64,000 bases of DNA from Escherichia coli (GTDB taxonomy: Bacteria > Pseudomonadota > Gammaproteobacteria > Enterobacterales > Enterobacteriaceae). The translations under genes and the position numbers were made by a program. The DNA is taken from NCBI RefSeq assembly GCF_024700885.2, contig NZ_CP117016.1; one strand, given 5' to 3'. The notes under the pieces are model-generated. The model searched no databases, had not been told where the DNA came from, and saw only the letters and a list, made by a program, of their open reading frames with translations. Each line of letters begins with the position of its first letter. Position 1 is the stretch's first letter. Positions 21,365 through 31,660 of this stretch are shown one piece after another.

Positions 21365-22360
21365 TCAGGTGGAACAACGGATCAACAGCGGGCAAGGGAT
21401 CCGCGTCACTCTTCCTCCTTCACGACCTTCAATAATATGCAATGCAGCTTCCCGCCCGATAATGTCATGTGGAAGCTGAATTGTGGTCAGCGGCGGTAAA
21501 AACAGATGCCCGACGCCAACCAGATTATCAAAGCCCATTACGGCGACATCCTGCGGGATACGTACCCCCTTCGCCAGGAGAACCTGATAAGCGACAAAGG
21601 CTGCGCGATCGTTACCACATATCAGAACATCAAAATCTGGTTTGCCAGATTTGAAGTGGTCATTGAGTAAACTTGCGAGATCGGTGTAGTGATCATCACC
21701 TGTTGCCATGTGAAATTGTTTCACCTCAGCCAGATCTCGTCCAGCATCACGCCAGGCCTGCTCAAATCCCTGCCGACGATACCCTGTTGCCAACGCACTT
21801 TCCGGTAGCCAGAAGCATAACGGTTGACGATAGCCCGCCGCGAGCAAATGCTGTGTTGATTCATATTGTGCAGTGTAATCATCAGGGATATAACTGGGTA
21901 ACGCTGGGTCATCCGCCACACAGTTCGCCAATACAATATTTTCACCATACAGAGACTCAGGCAGCGTGATATGTCGCAGCCCCATTGTAGTATAGATAAT
22001 GCCATCCGGACGGTGGGCAAGCAGCTGACGTGCCGCGCGGGCAGCGTCATCTTCAGAAAAAATATTGATTAAAAAACTATTCCAGCCGAACTCGCTGGCG
22101 GTTTGCTCAATGGCAAGCAGAATATCAACAGAGAAAGGAGTGGTAGCAGTGTCCTGCGCCAGCACGGCGAGAGTCGACGGCTTACGTCCTTGAGCGCGCA
22201 TCTTACGGGCGGAAAGATCAGGAACATAATTCAGGGTCTGGATTGCCTGCAATACGCGGTCACGCGTTGCAGGACGCACAGATTCTGCATTATGCATCAC
22301 CCGGGAGACTGTCATCATCGACACTCCCGCCAGGCGTGCGACATCCTTTAATGAAGCCAT
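21365..22360 (-). CDS. cscR: LacI-family transcriptional repressor of the csc genes
   Basis: 331 aa from MASLKDVARLAGVSMMTVSRV… (HTH then periplasmic-binding-like sugar domain); the longer track ORF (from 22558) adds an implausible N-terminal extension. Confidence 0.85.
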   Translation of the reverse strand: MASLKDVARLAGVSMMTVSRVMHNAESVRPATRDRVLQAIQTLNYVPDLSARKMRAQGRKPSTLAVLAQDTATTPFSVDILLAIEQTASEFGWNSFLINIFSEDDAARAARQLLAHRPDGIIYTTMGLRHITLPESLYGENIVLANCVADDPALPSYIPDDYTAQYESTQHLLAAGYRQPLCFWLPESALATGYRRQGFEQAWRDAGRDLAEVKQFHMATGDDHYTDLASLLNDHFKSGKPDFDVLICGNDRAAFVAYQVLLAKGVRIPQDVAVMGFDNLVGVGHLFLPPLTTIQLPHDIIGREAALHIIEGREGGRVTRIPCPLLIRCST

Positions 22361-22590
22361 ACCCAAGCCGTTTGCCGTAAAACGGGCACTGTAGCAGAAA
22401 CAGACGTCACTGGCGAGATCCAACGATATTCTCAACGCCCTATCACCCGACACGGCAATACAATAAAAAATAACAATAATTCCCGGACAATTGTGCCCAA
22501 TTCCGCCTCTGTTCTCGCCAACGAGTAACCATATAGGCAAGTAGGTAAAACATGCCAACTGGCATCGCCAACCTGGAGAAGAAAATATAA

Positions 22591-22821
22591 ATATGGATCA
22601 TTGTGCTGCCGCTGTATCCCGACATCAGCCCGGAAATTATTGCGATTGCTATCGGTTCAGGTGCGATTGGCTGCACGATCGTTACGGACTCGCTTTTCTG
22701 GCTGGTGAAGCAATATTGCGGCGCTACGCTCAATGAAACATTTAAATACTATACGACAGCGACATTTATCGCTTCAGTCGTCGCTCTGGCGGGCACATTC
22801 CTGCTGTCATTTATCATCTAA
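22591..22821 (+). pseudogene. dsdX: 3' remnant of D-serine transporter gene dsdX (GntP family), truncated by the csc insertion
   Basis: About 76 codons of hydrophobic GntP-like C-terminus (…IAIAIGSGAIGCTIVTDSLFWLVKQYCG…FLLSFII) with no N-terminal body, ending 17 bp before dsdA. Confidence 0.7.
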
Positions 22822-22838
22822 GCGCAAAGAGACGTACT

Positions 22839-24167
22839 ATGGAAAACGCTAAAATGAACTCGCTCATCGCCCAGTATCCGTTGGTAAAGGATCTGGTTGC
22901 TCTTAAAGAAACCACCTGGTTTAATCCTGGCACGACCTCATTGGCTGAAGGTTTACCTTATGTTGGCCTGACCGAACAGGATGTTCAGGACGCCCATGCG
23001 CGCTTATCCCGTTTTGCACCCTATCTGGCAAAAGCATTTCCTGAAACTGCTGCCACTGGGGGAATTATTGAATCAGAACTGGTTGCCATTCCGGCTATGC
23101 AAAAACGGCTGGAAAAGGAATATCAACAACCGATCAGCAGGCAACTGTTACTGAAAAAAGATAGCCATTTGCCCATTTCCGGCTCCATAAAAGCACGCGG
23201 CGGGATTTATGAAGTCCTGGCACATGCAGAAAAACTGGCTCTGGAAGCGGGGTTGCTGACGCCTGAAGATGACTACAGCAAACTGCTGTCTCCGGAGTTT
23301 AAACAGTTCTTTAGCCAATACAGCATTGCTGTGGGCTCAACCGGAAATCTGGGGTTATCAATCGGCATTATGAGCGCCCGCATTGGCTTTAAGGTGACAG
23401 TACATATGTCTGCTGATGCCCGAGCATGGAAAAAAGCGAAACTGCGCAGCCATGGCGTTACGGTCGTGGAATATGAGCAAGATTATGGTGTTGCAGTCGA
23501 GGAAGGACGTAAAGCAGCGCAGTCTGACCCGAACTGTTTCTTTATTGATGACGAGAATTCCCGCACGTTGTTCCTTGGGTATTCCGTCGCAGGCCAGCGT
23601 CTTAAAGCGCAATTTGCCGAGCAAGGTCGTATTGTCGATGCTGATAACCCTCTGTTTGTCTATCTGCCGTGTGGTGTTGGCGGTGGTCCTGGTGGCGTCG
23701 CATTCGGGCTTAAACTGGCATTTGGCGATCATGTTCACTGCTTTTTTGCCGAACCAACGCACTCCCCTTGTATGCTGTTAGGCGTCCATACAGGATTACA
23801 CGATCAGATTTCTGTTCAGGATATTGGTATCGACAACCTTACCGCAGCGGATGGCCTTGCAGTTGGTCGCGCATCAGGCTTTGTCGGGCGGGCAATGGAG
23901 CGTCTACTAGATGGCTTCTATACCCTTAGCGATCAAACCATGTATGACATGCTTGGCTGGCTGGCGCAGGAAGAAGGTATTCGTCTTGAACCTTCGGCAC
24001 TGGCGGGTATGGCCGGGCCTCAGCGCGTGTGCGCATCAGTAAGTTACCAACAGATGCACGGTTTCAGCGCAGAACAACTGCGTAATGCCACTCATCTGGT
24101 GTGGGCGACGGGAGGTGGAATGGTGCCGGAAGAAGAGATGGAGCAATATCTGGCAAAAGGCCGCTAA
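22839..24167 (+). CDS. dsdA: D-serine dehydratase (PLP-dependent)
   Basis: 442 aa ORF beginning [19 protein letters not shown]…, with PLP-lysine region (SGSIKARGG). Confidence 0.95.
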   Translation: MENAKMNSLIAQYPLVKDLVALKETTWFNPGTTSLAEGLPYVGLTEQDVQDAHARLSRFAPYLAKAFPETAATGGIIESELVAIPAMQKRLEKEYQQPISRQLLLKKDSHLPISGSIKARGGIYEVLAHAEKLALEAGLLTPEDDYSKLLSPEFKQFFSQYSIAVGSTGNLGLSIGIMSARIGFKVTVHMSADARAWKKAKLRSHGVTVVEYEQDYGVAVEEGRKAAQSDPNCFFIDDENSRTLFLGYSVAGQRLKAQFAEQGRIVDADNPLFVYLPCGVGGGPGGVAFGLKLAFGDHVHCFFAEPTHSPCMLLGVHTGLHDQISVQDIGIDNLTAADGLAVGRASGFVGRAMERLLDGFYTLSDQTMYDMLGWLAQEEGIRLEPSALAGMAGPQRVCASVSYQQMHGFSAEQLRNATHLVWATGGGMVPEEEMEQYLAKGR

Positions 24168-24275
24168 TTAATTTTCAATGCAGCATCGCCATCCTTTCCC
24201 TGGGTGAGCGATGCTGCCGATGGCGCAGGCTTAAGATTCTACCGTCTTACCTGCTATAGCTCTCTCTTTTTACCA

Positions 24276-25814
24276 TCACCCAACACCTTTCGCTGTAAAC
24301 GGCGGTTTCGCAAACCAAACCAATACCGTAAGTAAGATAAAAGCAATAGCCGCCATACGGAAAATCTCATTTGCAGAAATTGAAAGTGATTGCTGAGTTA
24401 TTTCATTATTAATTTCATTAAGAACCCCTGAAAGCGAACCATAGTATTTATCCATAATTTGTGACGATGAATTAAACACGGGGTTAAATTGATCGATGGT
24501 TGCTGTCAACTGACTATGGTGTAACGATTCGCGTCGTCCCCACAGCGTCATTGTCAACGACGTACCAACTGATCCTGACAAGGTACGAAAAAAATTACTC
24601 ATACTCGAGGCATTAGCAAATTTATTATCTGGCAAACCTGAAAACGAAATCGTTGTTAAGGGTAAAAAGAAACAGGCGACGGCGAATCCCTGAAAAAACT
24701 GTGGCAAAATGATGCCTGTAAAATCAATCGTTGGCATAAATGTCACAGAACGCCAGTAATAGCAAACCGCATACATCAAAAAACTAAATGTCACTAACAA
24801 CCGCATGTCTATTTTGTTGCCATAACGTCCTATCAAAGGTGAAATTAATAGTGGCATGATGCCGATGGGCGCATAAGCAAGTCCGGCCCATATCGCATTA
24901 TACCCCATCGTTTCCTGGAGTAACTGCGGCATAAGGACGATCGCCCCAGAGTAAAATAAATATGCGCATGTGATACTCACAATACCAATGGTGAAATTAC
25001 GGGACTTAAATAAACTGAGATCAAGAATCGGATTCTCTGAGGTCGACTCCCAAATGACTAAAGAAATCAGAGAAATAACTGACACTACTGTTAGTATTAT
25101 TATTGTACTCGAGTTGAACCAATCCAGATCGCGCCCTTTATCAAGCATTATCTGCAAGCCACCAACACCGAGCACTAACAGGGTCAGTCCTGGTAGATTC
25201 ATTTTGACCGGTGAAGTCTCAGTTTCTCTTCCTTTAAGTAAGGTTAAGCATAATGTCAGGACGATAATCCCCATTGGGACATTGATTAAAAATATCCAAC
25301 CCCAGCTAAAGTTATCGCAAATGTAGCCACCCAATATCGGCCCACATATCGGAGCGATAATTACGGTCATTGACCATAATGCCAGAGCAAATGTTCTTTT
25401 TTCTGGCGGATAATTCCTTAATAATAAACTCTGTGACAGTGGAATTAACGGCCCCGCCATTAATCCCTGAACGACTCTAAAAAATATCAGCACATCAAGA
25501 TTGGTCGATAAACTACACATTAAGGAAGACAGCGAAAAAAAAGTGACTGAAAGTAAAAATAACCTTAATTCGCCTATTCTTTGTGCCAGCCTGCCGGTAA
25601 CAGGGATCGCAATGGCATTTGCTACGCCAAACGAAGTGATAACCCAGGTGCCTTCGTCTGTTGATGCTCCCAGAAAGCCAGATATTGTCGGTATTGCGAC
25701 GTTAGAAATAGTGGAATCCAACATTTGCATAAACGTCGCTAATGACAATGCAATAGTAACGCACCATAACGTCCCACCGGTTAATGGTGCCGGAGTTGAT
25801 TTAGTGATTGCCAT
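24276..25814 (-). CDS. emrY: multidrug efflux MFS transporter (EmrB paralogue)
   Basis: 512 aa 14-TM MFS ORF; overlaps emrK by 1 bp; synteny with evgAS. Confidence 0.95.
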   Translation of the reverse strand: MAITKSTPAPLTGGTLWCVTIALSLATFMQMLDSTISNVAIPTISGFLGASTDEGTWVITSFGVANAIAIPVTGRLAQRIGELRLFLLSVTFFSLSSLMCSLSTNLDVLIFFRVVQGLMAGPLIPLSQSLLLRNYPPEKRTFALALWSMTVIIAPICGPILGGYICDNFSWGWIFLINVPMGIIVLTLCLTLLKGRETETSPVKMNLPGLTLLVLGVGGLQIMLDKGRDLDWFNSSTIIILTVVSVISLISLVIWESTSENPILDLSLFKSRNFTIGIVSITCAYLFYSGAIVLMPQLLQETMGYNAIWAGLAYAPIGIMPLLISPLIGRYGNKIDMRLLVTFSFLMYAVCYYWRSVTFMPTIDFTGIILPQFFQGFAVACFFLPLTTISFSGLPDNKFANASSMSNFFRTLSGSVGTSLTMTLWGRRESLHHSQLTATIDQFNPVFNSSSQIMDKYYGSLSGVLNEINNEITQQSLSISANEIFRMAAIAFILLTVLVWFAKPPFTAKGVG

Positions 25815-26977
25815 TAAAGTTGTCCATTATGCGAAATAATGTTGCTAATTTCTTTTTCTATCGGACTGGTATCGATAACTAAAGCCTTACTGGTATAAGC
25901 AGGCATGGACGTCACGGTTGAAGCCAGCTCAGGCATCTCGGCAATGTCTTCGTTCTTCGTATCAATAGTTGCTGTCATCGATAAACCAATACGTAAGGGA
26001 TGTTCCATGAGTTCTTTTGGATCAAGAGAAACTTCAACCGGTACACGCTGAACGATTTTGATCCAGTTCCCTGTCGCATTTTGTGCAGGTAATAAGGAGA
26101 ACGCATTGCCGGTTCCCATATTGATCCCTGTCACCCGACCATGAAACACAACATTTTCACCATAAAGATCGCTGATAATATTGACCGATTGACCAATCCG
26201 CACATCCGTGAGTTGTGTTTCTTTAAAGTTGGCATTAACCCACATTTGACGTGCCGGTACGACAGCCATTAACGATTGTCCGGGACTCACTGTTTCGCCG
26301 ACCTGAACGCTTCTCTGGGCAATATAGCCGGTAACAGGACTCTTAATATCCGTACGTTTAAGCGCTAACCAGGCTTCTTTGGTTGCATCCGCCGCTTCAA
26401 CGACTTGTGGCTGACGGTTTAATGGTGTGTTCATTACTAAAGCTTTATTCGCTTTATAAGCCTGGATAGCGGCATTCAATGCCGCTTTGCTACTTATTAA
26501 CGTATCTTTGGTATGCTCCAGCGTTTCTTTTGAAATAACCCCCTGCTTCGCTAAAGGTACACGACGGTTATAATCTTCTAAAGATTGTTGATACTGAATA
26601 CGAGCTGAAGCGACTTCGGCACTGTATTGTTTATCCTGTAAGTACAGTTTATTCGTTTGCCGAACAATATTTGCCAGATTATTTTTAGCTTTATTGAGTG
26701 CGATAGTGGCATCAGTTTTATCTAGTGAAACTAAAATGTCACCCTGTCGAACGTAGTTCGTATCTTTATGATTAACGACAGTGACACTACCTGAGACTTG
26801 TGCAGAAATTGGATCTGCATTCCCCGTGACATAGGCGTCATCTGTACTAATCATGTCTTCTAATTCCATTGACCAATAGGCATAGGCACCTGAAAACGCA
26901 ATAAATAAAACTACCGCCAATAAAGAAAAGTATTTTCTTCTGTTAGAATGTTTTTTATTTGAATTAATCTGTTCCAC
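25814..26977 (-). CDS. emrK: multidrug efflux membrane-fusion protein (EmrA paralogue)
   Basis: 387 aa ORF with single N-terminal TM, coiled-coil and beta-barrel MFP regions. Confidence 0.95.
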   Translation of the reverse strand: MEQINSNKKHSNRRKYFSLLAVVLFIAFSGAYAYWSMELEDMISTDDAYVTGNADPISAQVSGSVTVVNHKDTNYVRQGDILVSLDKTDATIALNKAKNNLANIVRQTNKLYLQDKQYSAEVASARIQYQQSLEDYNRRVPLAKQGVISKETLEHTKDTLISSKAALNAAIQAYKANKALVMNTPLNRQPQVVEAADATKEAWLALKRTDIKSPVTGYIAQRSVQVGETVSPGQSLMAVVPARQMWVNANFKETQLTDVRIGQSVNIISDLYGENVVFHGRVTGINMGTGNAFSLLPAQNATGNWIKIVQRVPVEVSLDPKELMEHPLRIGLSMTATIDTKNEDIAEMPELASTVTSMPAYTSKALVIDTSPIEKEISNIISHNGQL

Positions 26978-27150
26978 TATTATCTCTCATTTCGCATAGA
27001 TGAAATTTATGAATTGAATGAAAAGAGTATTCATTCTTCATATCAAACACAGTGCATGTGTTGCACATTATCCCAGGAACGTTGGAGGCCTAATTTAAAT
27101 GAGGTGCAAAAGAAACAACAGAGGACTAAACCGTGGCTTTTGCAATAAAA

Positions 27151-27168
27151 TTCTTACGCCTGTAGGAT
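27151..27168. promoter_or_regulatory. putative EvgA box in emrK-evgA intergenic region
   Basis: TTCTTACGCCTGTAGGAT is an imperfect inverted repeat matching my recollection of the EvgA consensus TTCPyTACA-N2-TGTAPuGAA. Confidence 0.4.
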
Positions 27169-27392
27169 TAGTGAGAAGACTTATAGTGCCAATGTGAAAC
27201 TATAAATCATCGGTACAATCCCTGATTTTATTGTTGACATTTCATTTATGCCGACTATTTATATGGTATACTTGTCGAATTATCTTAAAGGAAGCTCAAA
27301 TTTTCTTATTTTTATTGAGAAAGTGAGATGATGCCTTATGTCTGTATTACTACAGGGAGAAGGGAGATGCTTCATTGCAAAGGGAATAATCT

Positions 27393-28007
27393 ATGAACGC
27401 AATAATTATTGATGACCATCCTCTTGCTATCGCAGCTATTCGTAATTTATTGATCAAAAACGATATTGAAATCTTAGCAGAGTTGACTGAAGGCGGAAGT
27501 GCCGTTCAGCGGGTGGAAACACTTAAGCCTGATATCGTCATCATTGATGTCGATATCCCCGGAGTTAACGGTATCCAGGTGTTAGAAACGCTGAGGAAGC
27601 GCCAATATAGCGGAATTATTATTATCGTCTCCGCTAAAAATGACCATTTTTACGGGAAACATTGTGCTGATGCTGGCGCTAATGGTTTCGTGAGTAAAAA
27701 AGAAGGCATGAACAATATCATTGCGGCTATTGAAGCTGCAAAAAATGGCTACTGCTATTTCCCCTTCTCTCTCAACCGGTTTGTTGGAAGTTTAACGTCC
27801 GACCAGCAAAAACTCGACTCCTTATCGAAACAAGAAATTAGTGTCATGCGATATATTCTTGATGGCAAGGATAATAATGACATTGCTGAAAAAATGTTCA
27901 TCAGCAACAAAACTGTCAGCACGTATAAAAGTCGCCTGATGGAAAAATTAGAATGTAAATCACTGATGGATCTTTACACATTCGCACAACGTAACAAAAT
28001 CGGCTAA
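27393..28007 (+). CDS. evgA: two-component response regulator EvgA (NarL/FixJ family)
   Basis: 204 aa ORF with receiver domain (MNAIIIDDHPLA…) and LuxR-type HTH. Confidence 0.95.
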   Translation: MNAIIIDDHPLAIAAIRNLLIKNDIEILAELTEGGSAVQRVETLKPDIVIIDVDIPGVNGIQVLETLRKRQYSGIIIIVSAKNDHFYGKHCADAGANGFVSKKEGMNNIIAAIEAAKNGYCYFPFSLNRFVGSLTSDQQKLDSLSKQEISVMRYILDGKDNNDIAEKMFISNKTVSTYKSRLMEKLECKSLMDLYTFAQRNKIG

Positions 28008-28011
28008 CCAC

Positions 28012-31000
28012 ATGAAGTTTTTACCCTATATTTTTCTTCTCTGTTGTGGTCTTTGGTCGACCATAAGTTTCGCAGACGAAGATTACATCGAATATCGTGG
28101 CATCAGTAGTAACAACCGTGTCACGCTTGATCCACTACGTCTGAGCAACAAGGAATTACGTTGGTTAGCGAGCAAAAAAAATCTTGTGATTGCAGTACAC
28201 AAGTCCCAAACGGCTACTTTGTTGCATACCGATTCGCAGCAACGGGTTCGTGGTATTAATGCTGATTATTTAAATCTGTTAAAAAGAGCATTAAATATCA
28301 AATTAACACTACGGGAATACGCAGATCATCAAAAAGCAATGGACGCGCTGGAAGAAGGTGAAGTCGATATAGTGTTATCACATTTAGTTGCTTCGCCGCC
28401 TCTTAATGATGACATTGCTGCAACCAAACCGCTGATAATTACCTTTCCGGCGCTGGTCACCACCCTTCACGATTCAATGAGACCGCTTACCTCATCAAAA
28501 CCAGTAAATATTGCTCGGGTAGCAAATTACCCTCCAGACGAGGTAATTCATCAATCATTTCCAAAAGCAACAATTATCTCTTTTACAAATTTATATCAGG
28601 CATTAGCATCCATCTCAGCCGGACAGAATGATTACTTTATTGGTAGTAACATTATTACCAGCAGTATGATTTCCCGCTATTTCACTCACTCCTTAAATGT
28701 AGTGAAATATTATAACTCACCGCGTCAATATAATTTTTTCTTGACCAGAAAAGATTCAGTCGTTCTTAATGAAGTACTCAATCGATTTGTTGATGCTTTA
28801 ACAAATGAAGTTCGCTATGAAGTATCACAAAATTGGCTTGATACAGGAAACCTGGCCTTTCTGAACAAACCATTAGAACTCACTGAACATGAAAAACAGT
28901 GGATTAAGCAGCATCCCGATTTAAAGGTGCTGGAAAATCCTTACTCGCCACCCTATTCTATGACAGATGAAACTGGCTCAGTTCGGGGCGTGATGGGTGA
29001 TATTCTTAATATTATTACCTTGCAAACAGGTTTAAATTTTTCTCCGATCACCGTTTCACACAATATTCATGCGGGGACACAGCTTAACCCCGGTGGATGG
29101 GATATATTGCCCGCCGCTATTTATAGTGAAGATAGAGAAAATAATGTTTTATTTGCTGAAGCCTTCATAACAACGCCTTACGTTTTTGTCATGCAAAAAG
29201 CGCCTGACAGTGAACAAACATTAAAAAAAGGAATGAAAGTTGCCATTCCCTATTATTATGAGCTTCATTCGCAATTAAAAGAGATGTATCCGGAGGTAGA
29301 GTGGATAAAAGTCGATAACGCCAGCGCTGCATTTCACAAGGTCAAGGAAGGCGAACTTGATGCTCTGGTCGCGACACAGTTAAATTCACGTTACATGATC
29401 GACCATTACTATCCTAATGAACTTTATCATTTTCTTATTCCCGGCGTTCCGAATGCATCGCTTTCGTTCGCTTTTCCTCGCGGAGAACCGGAACTTAAGG
29501 ATATTATTAATAAAGCACTGAATGCAATTCCCCCAAGCGAAGTTCTGCGCCTGACGGAAAAATGGATTAAAATGCCCAATGTGACCATTGACACATGGGA
29601 CCTCTATAGCGAGCAATTTTATATTGTCACGACATTATCCGTTTTATTAGTTGGCAGTAGCCTTTTATGGGGATTCTACCTGTTACGCTCAGTTCGTCGT
29701 CGTAAAGTCATTCAGGGTGATTTAGAAAACCAAATATCATTCCGAAAAGCACTCTCGGATTCCTTACCGAATCCAACTTATGTTGTAAACTGGCAAGGTA
29801 ATGTCATTAGTCATAATAGTGCTTTTGAACATTATTTCACTGCGGATTACTACAAAAATGCAATGTTACCATTAGAAAACAGTGACTCACCCTTTAAAGA
29901 TGTTTTTTCTAATGCGCATGAAGTCACAGCAGAAACGAAAGAAAATCGAACAATATACACACAGGTATTTGAAATTGATAATGGCATCGAGAAAAGATGC
30001 ATTAATCACTGGCATACATTATGCAATCTGCCAGCCAGCGATCATGCTGTTTATATTTGTGGTTGGCAAGATATTACCGAGACGCGTGATTTAATTCATG
30101 CACTCGAAGTAGAGAGAAATAAAGCGATCAATGCAACTGTCGCAAAAAGCCAGTTTCTGGCAACAATGAGTCACGAAATAAGAACACCAATAAGCTCCAT
30201 TATGGGCTTCCTGGAACTTTTGTCGGGTTCTGGTCTTAGCAAGGAGCAACGGGTGGAGGCGATTTCACTTGCCTACGCCACCGGACAATCACTCCTCGGC
30301 TTAATTGGTGAAATCCTTGATGTCGACAAAATTGAGTCGGGTAACTATCAACTTCAACCACAATGGGTCGATATCCCTACTTTAGTCCAGAACACTTGTC
30401 ACTCTTTCGGTGCGATTGCTGCAAGCAAATCCATCGCATTAAGTTGCAGCAGTAAGTTTCCTGAACATTACCAGGTTAAGATCGACCCTCAGGCGTTTAA
30501 GCAGGTCTTATCTAATTTACTGAGCAATGCTCTCAAATTTACCACCGAGGGGGCAGTAAAAATTACGACCTCCCTGGGTGACATTGATGACAACCACGCT
30601 GTTATCAAAATGACGATTATGGATTCTGGAAGTGGATTATCGCAGGAAGAACAACAACAACTGTTTAAACGCTATAGCCAAACAAGTGCAGGTCGTCAGC
30701 AAACAGGTTCTGGTTTAGGCTTAATGATCTGCAAAGAATTAATTAAAAACATGCAGGGCGATTTGTCATTAGAAAGTCATCCAGGCATAGGAACGACATT
30801 TACGATCACAATCCCGGTAGAAATTACCCAACAAGTGGCGACTGTCGAGGCAAAAGCAGAACAACCTATGACACTCCCTGAAAAGTTGAGTATATTAATC
30901 GCGGATGATCATCCGACCAACAGGCTATTACTCAAACGCCAGCTAAACCTATTAGGATATGATGTTGATGAAGCCACTGATGGTGTGCAAGCGCTACACA

Positions 31001-31605
31001 AAGTCAGTATGCAACATTATGATCTGCTTATTACTGACGTTAATATGCCGAATATGGATGGTTTTGAGTTGACTCGCAAACTCCGTGAGCAAAATTCTTC
31101 CTTACCTATCTGGGGGCTTACAGCCAACGCACAGGCTAACGAACGTGAAAAAGGGTTAAATTGCGGCATGAACTTATGTTTGTTCAAACCGTTGACCCTG
31201 GATGTACTGAAAACACATTTAAGTCAGTTACACCAGGTTGCGCATATTGCACCTCAGTATCGCCACCTTGATATCGAGGCCCTGAAAAATAATACGGCGA
31301 ACGATCTACAACTGATGCAGGAGATTCTCATGACTTTCCAGCATGAAACGCATAAAGATCTACCCGCTGCGTTTCATGCACTAGAAGCTGGCGACAACAG
31401 AATTTTCCATCAGTGTATTCATCGCATCCACGGTGCGGCTAACATCCTGAATTTGCAAAAGTTGATTAATCTTAGCCATCAGTTAGAAATAACGCCCGTT
31501 TCAGATGACAGCAAGCCTGAAATTCTTAAGTTGCTGAACTCTGTTAAAGAACACATTGCAGAGTTAGACCAGGAGATTGCTGTTTTCTGTCAACAAAATG
31601 ACTAA
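28012..31605 (+). CDS. evgS: hybrid sensor histidine kinase EvgS
   Basis: 1197 aa ORF with signal peptide, tandem periplasmic solute-binding-like domains, TM, HisKA (…SHEIRTP…), HATPase, receiver and HPt domains. Confidence 0.95.
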   Translation: MKFLPYIFLLCCGLWSTISFADEDYIEYRGISSNNRVTLDPLRLSNKELRWLASKKNLVIAVHKSQTATLLHTDSQQRVRGINADYLNLLKRALNIKLTLREYADHQKAMDALEEGEVDIVLSHLVASPPLNDDIAATKPLIITFPALVTTLHDSMRPLTSSKPVNIARVANYPPDEVIHQSFPKATIISFTNLYQALASISAGQNDYFIGSNIITSSMISRYFTHSLNVVKYYNSPRQYNFFLTRKDSVVLNEVLNRFVDALTNEVRYEVSQNWLDTGNLAFLNKPLELTEHEKQWIKQHPDLKVLENPYSPPYSMTDETGSVRGVMGDILNIITLQTGLNFSPITVSHNIHAGTQLNPGGWDILPAAIYSEDRENNVLFAEAFITTPYVFVMQKAPDSEQTLKKGMKVAIPYYYELHSQLKEMYPEVEWIKVDNASAAFHKVKEGELDALVATQLNSRYMIDHYYPNELYHFLIPGVPNASLSFAFPRGEPELKDIINKALNAIPPSEVLRLTEKWIKMPNVTIDTWDLYSEQFYIVTTLSVLLVGSSLLWGFYLLRSVRRRKVIQGDLENQISFRKALSDSLPNPTYVVNWQGNVISHNSAFEHYFTADYYKNAMLPLENSDSPFKDVFSNAHEVTAETKENRTIYTQVFEIDNGIEKRCINHWHTLCNLPASDHAVYICGWQDITETRDLIHALEVERNKAINATVAKSQFLATMSHEIRTPISSIMGFLELLSGSGLSKEQRVEAISLAYATGQSLLGLIGEILDVDKIESGNYQLQPQWVDIPTLVQNTCHSFGAIAASKSIALSCSSKFPEHYQVKIDPQAFKQVLSNLLSNALKFTTEGAVKITTSLGDIDDNHAVIKMTIMDSGSGLSQEEQQQLFKRYSQTSAGRQQTGSGLGLMICKELIKNMQGDLSLESHPGIGTTFTITIPVEITQQVATVEAKAEQPMTLPEKLSILIADDHPTNRLLLKRQLNLLGYDVDEATDGVQALHKVSMQHYDLLITDVNMPNMDGFELTRKLREQNSSLPIWGLTANAQANEREKGLNCGMNLCLFKPLTLDVLKTHLSQLHQVAHIAPQYRHLDIEALKNNTANDLQLMQEILMTFQHETHKDLPAAFHALEAGDNRIFHQCIHRIHGAANILNLQKLINLSHQLEITPVSDDSKPEILKLLNSVKEHIAELDQEIAVFCQQND

Positions 31606-31611
31606 ATAGCG

Positions 31612-31638
31612 GCTCCCACAATATTCAAATGTGGGAGC
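31612..31638. terminator. hairpin between convergent evgS and yfdE (putative bidirectional terminator)
   Basis: GCTCCCACA-atattcaaa-TGTGGGAGC followed by TATTT, 7 bp after the evgS stop. Confidence 0.4.
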
Positions 31639-31660
31639 TATTTACCAGCACATCTTACAT

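Noticed and set aside
22361-22590. N-terminal extension of cscR to 397 aa (track ORF 21365-22558)
   Set aside because: The extension precedes a typical LacI-family HTH that starts at MASLKDVARLAGVS; the upstream in-frame Met is more likely within the promoter/leader.
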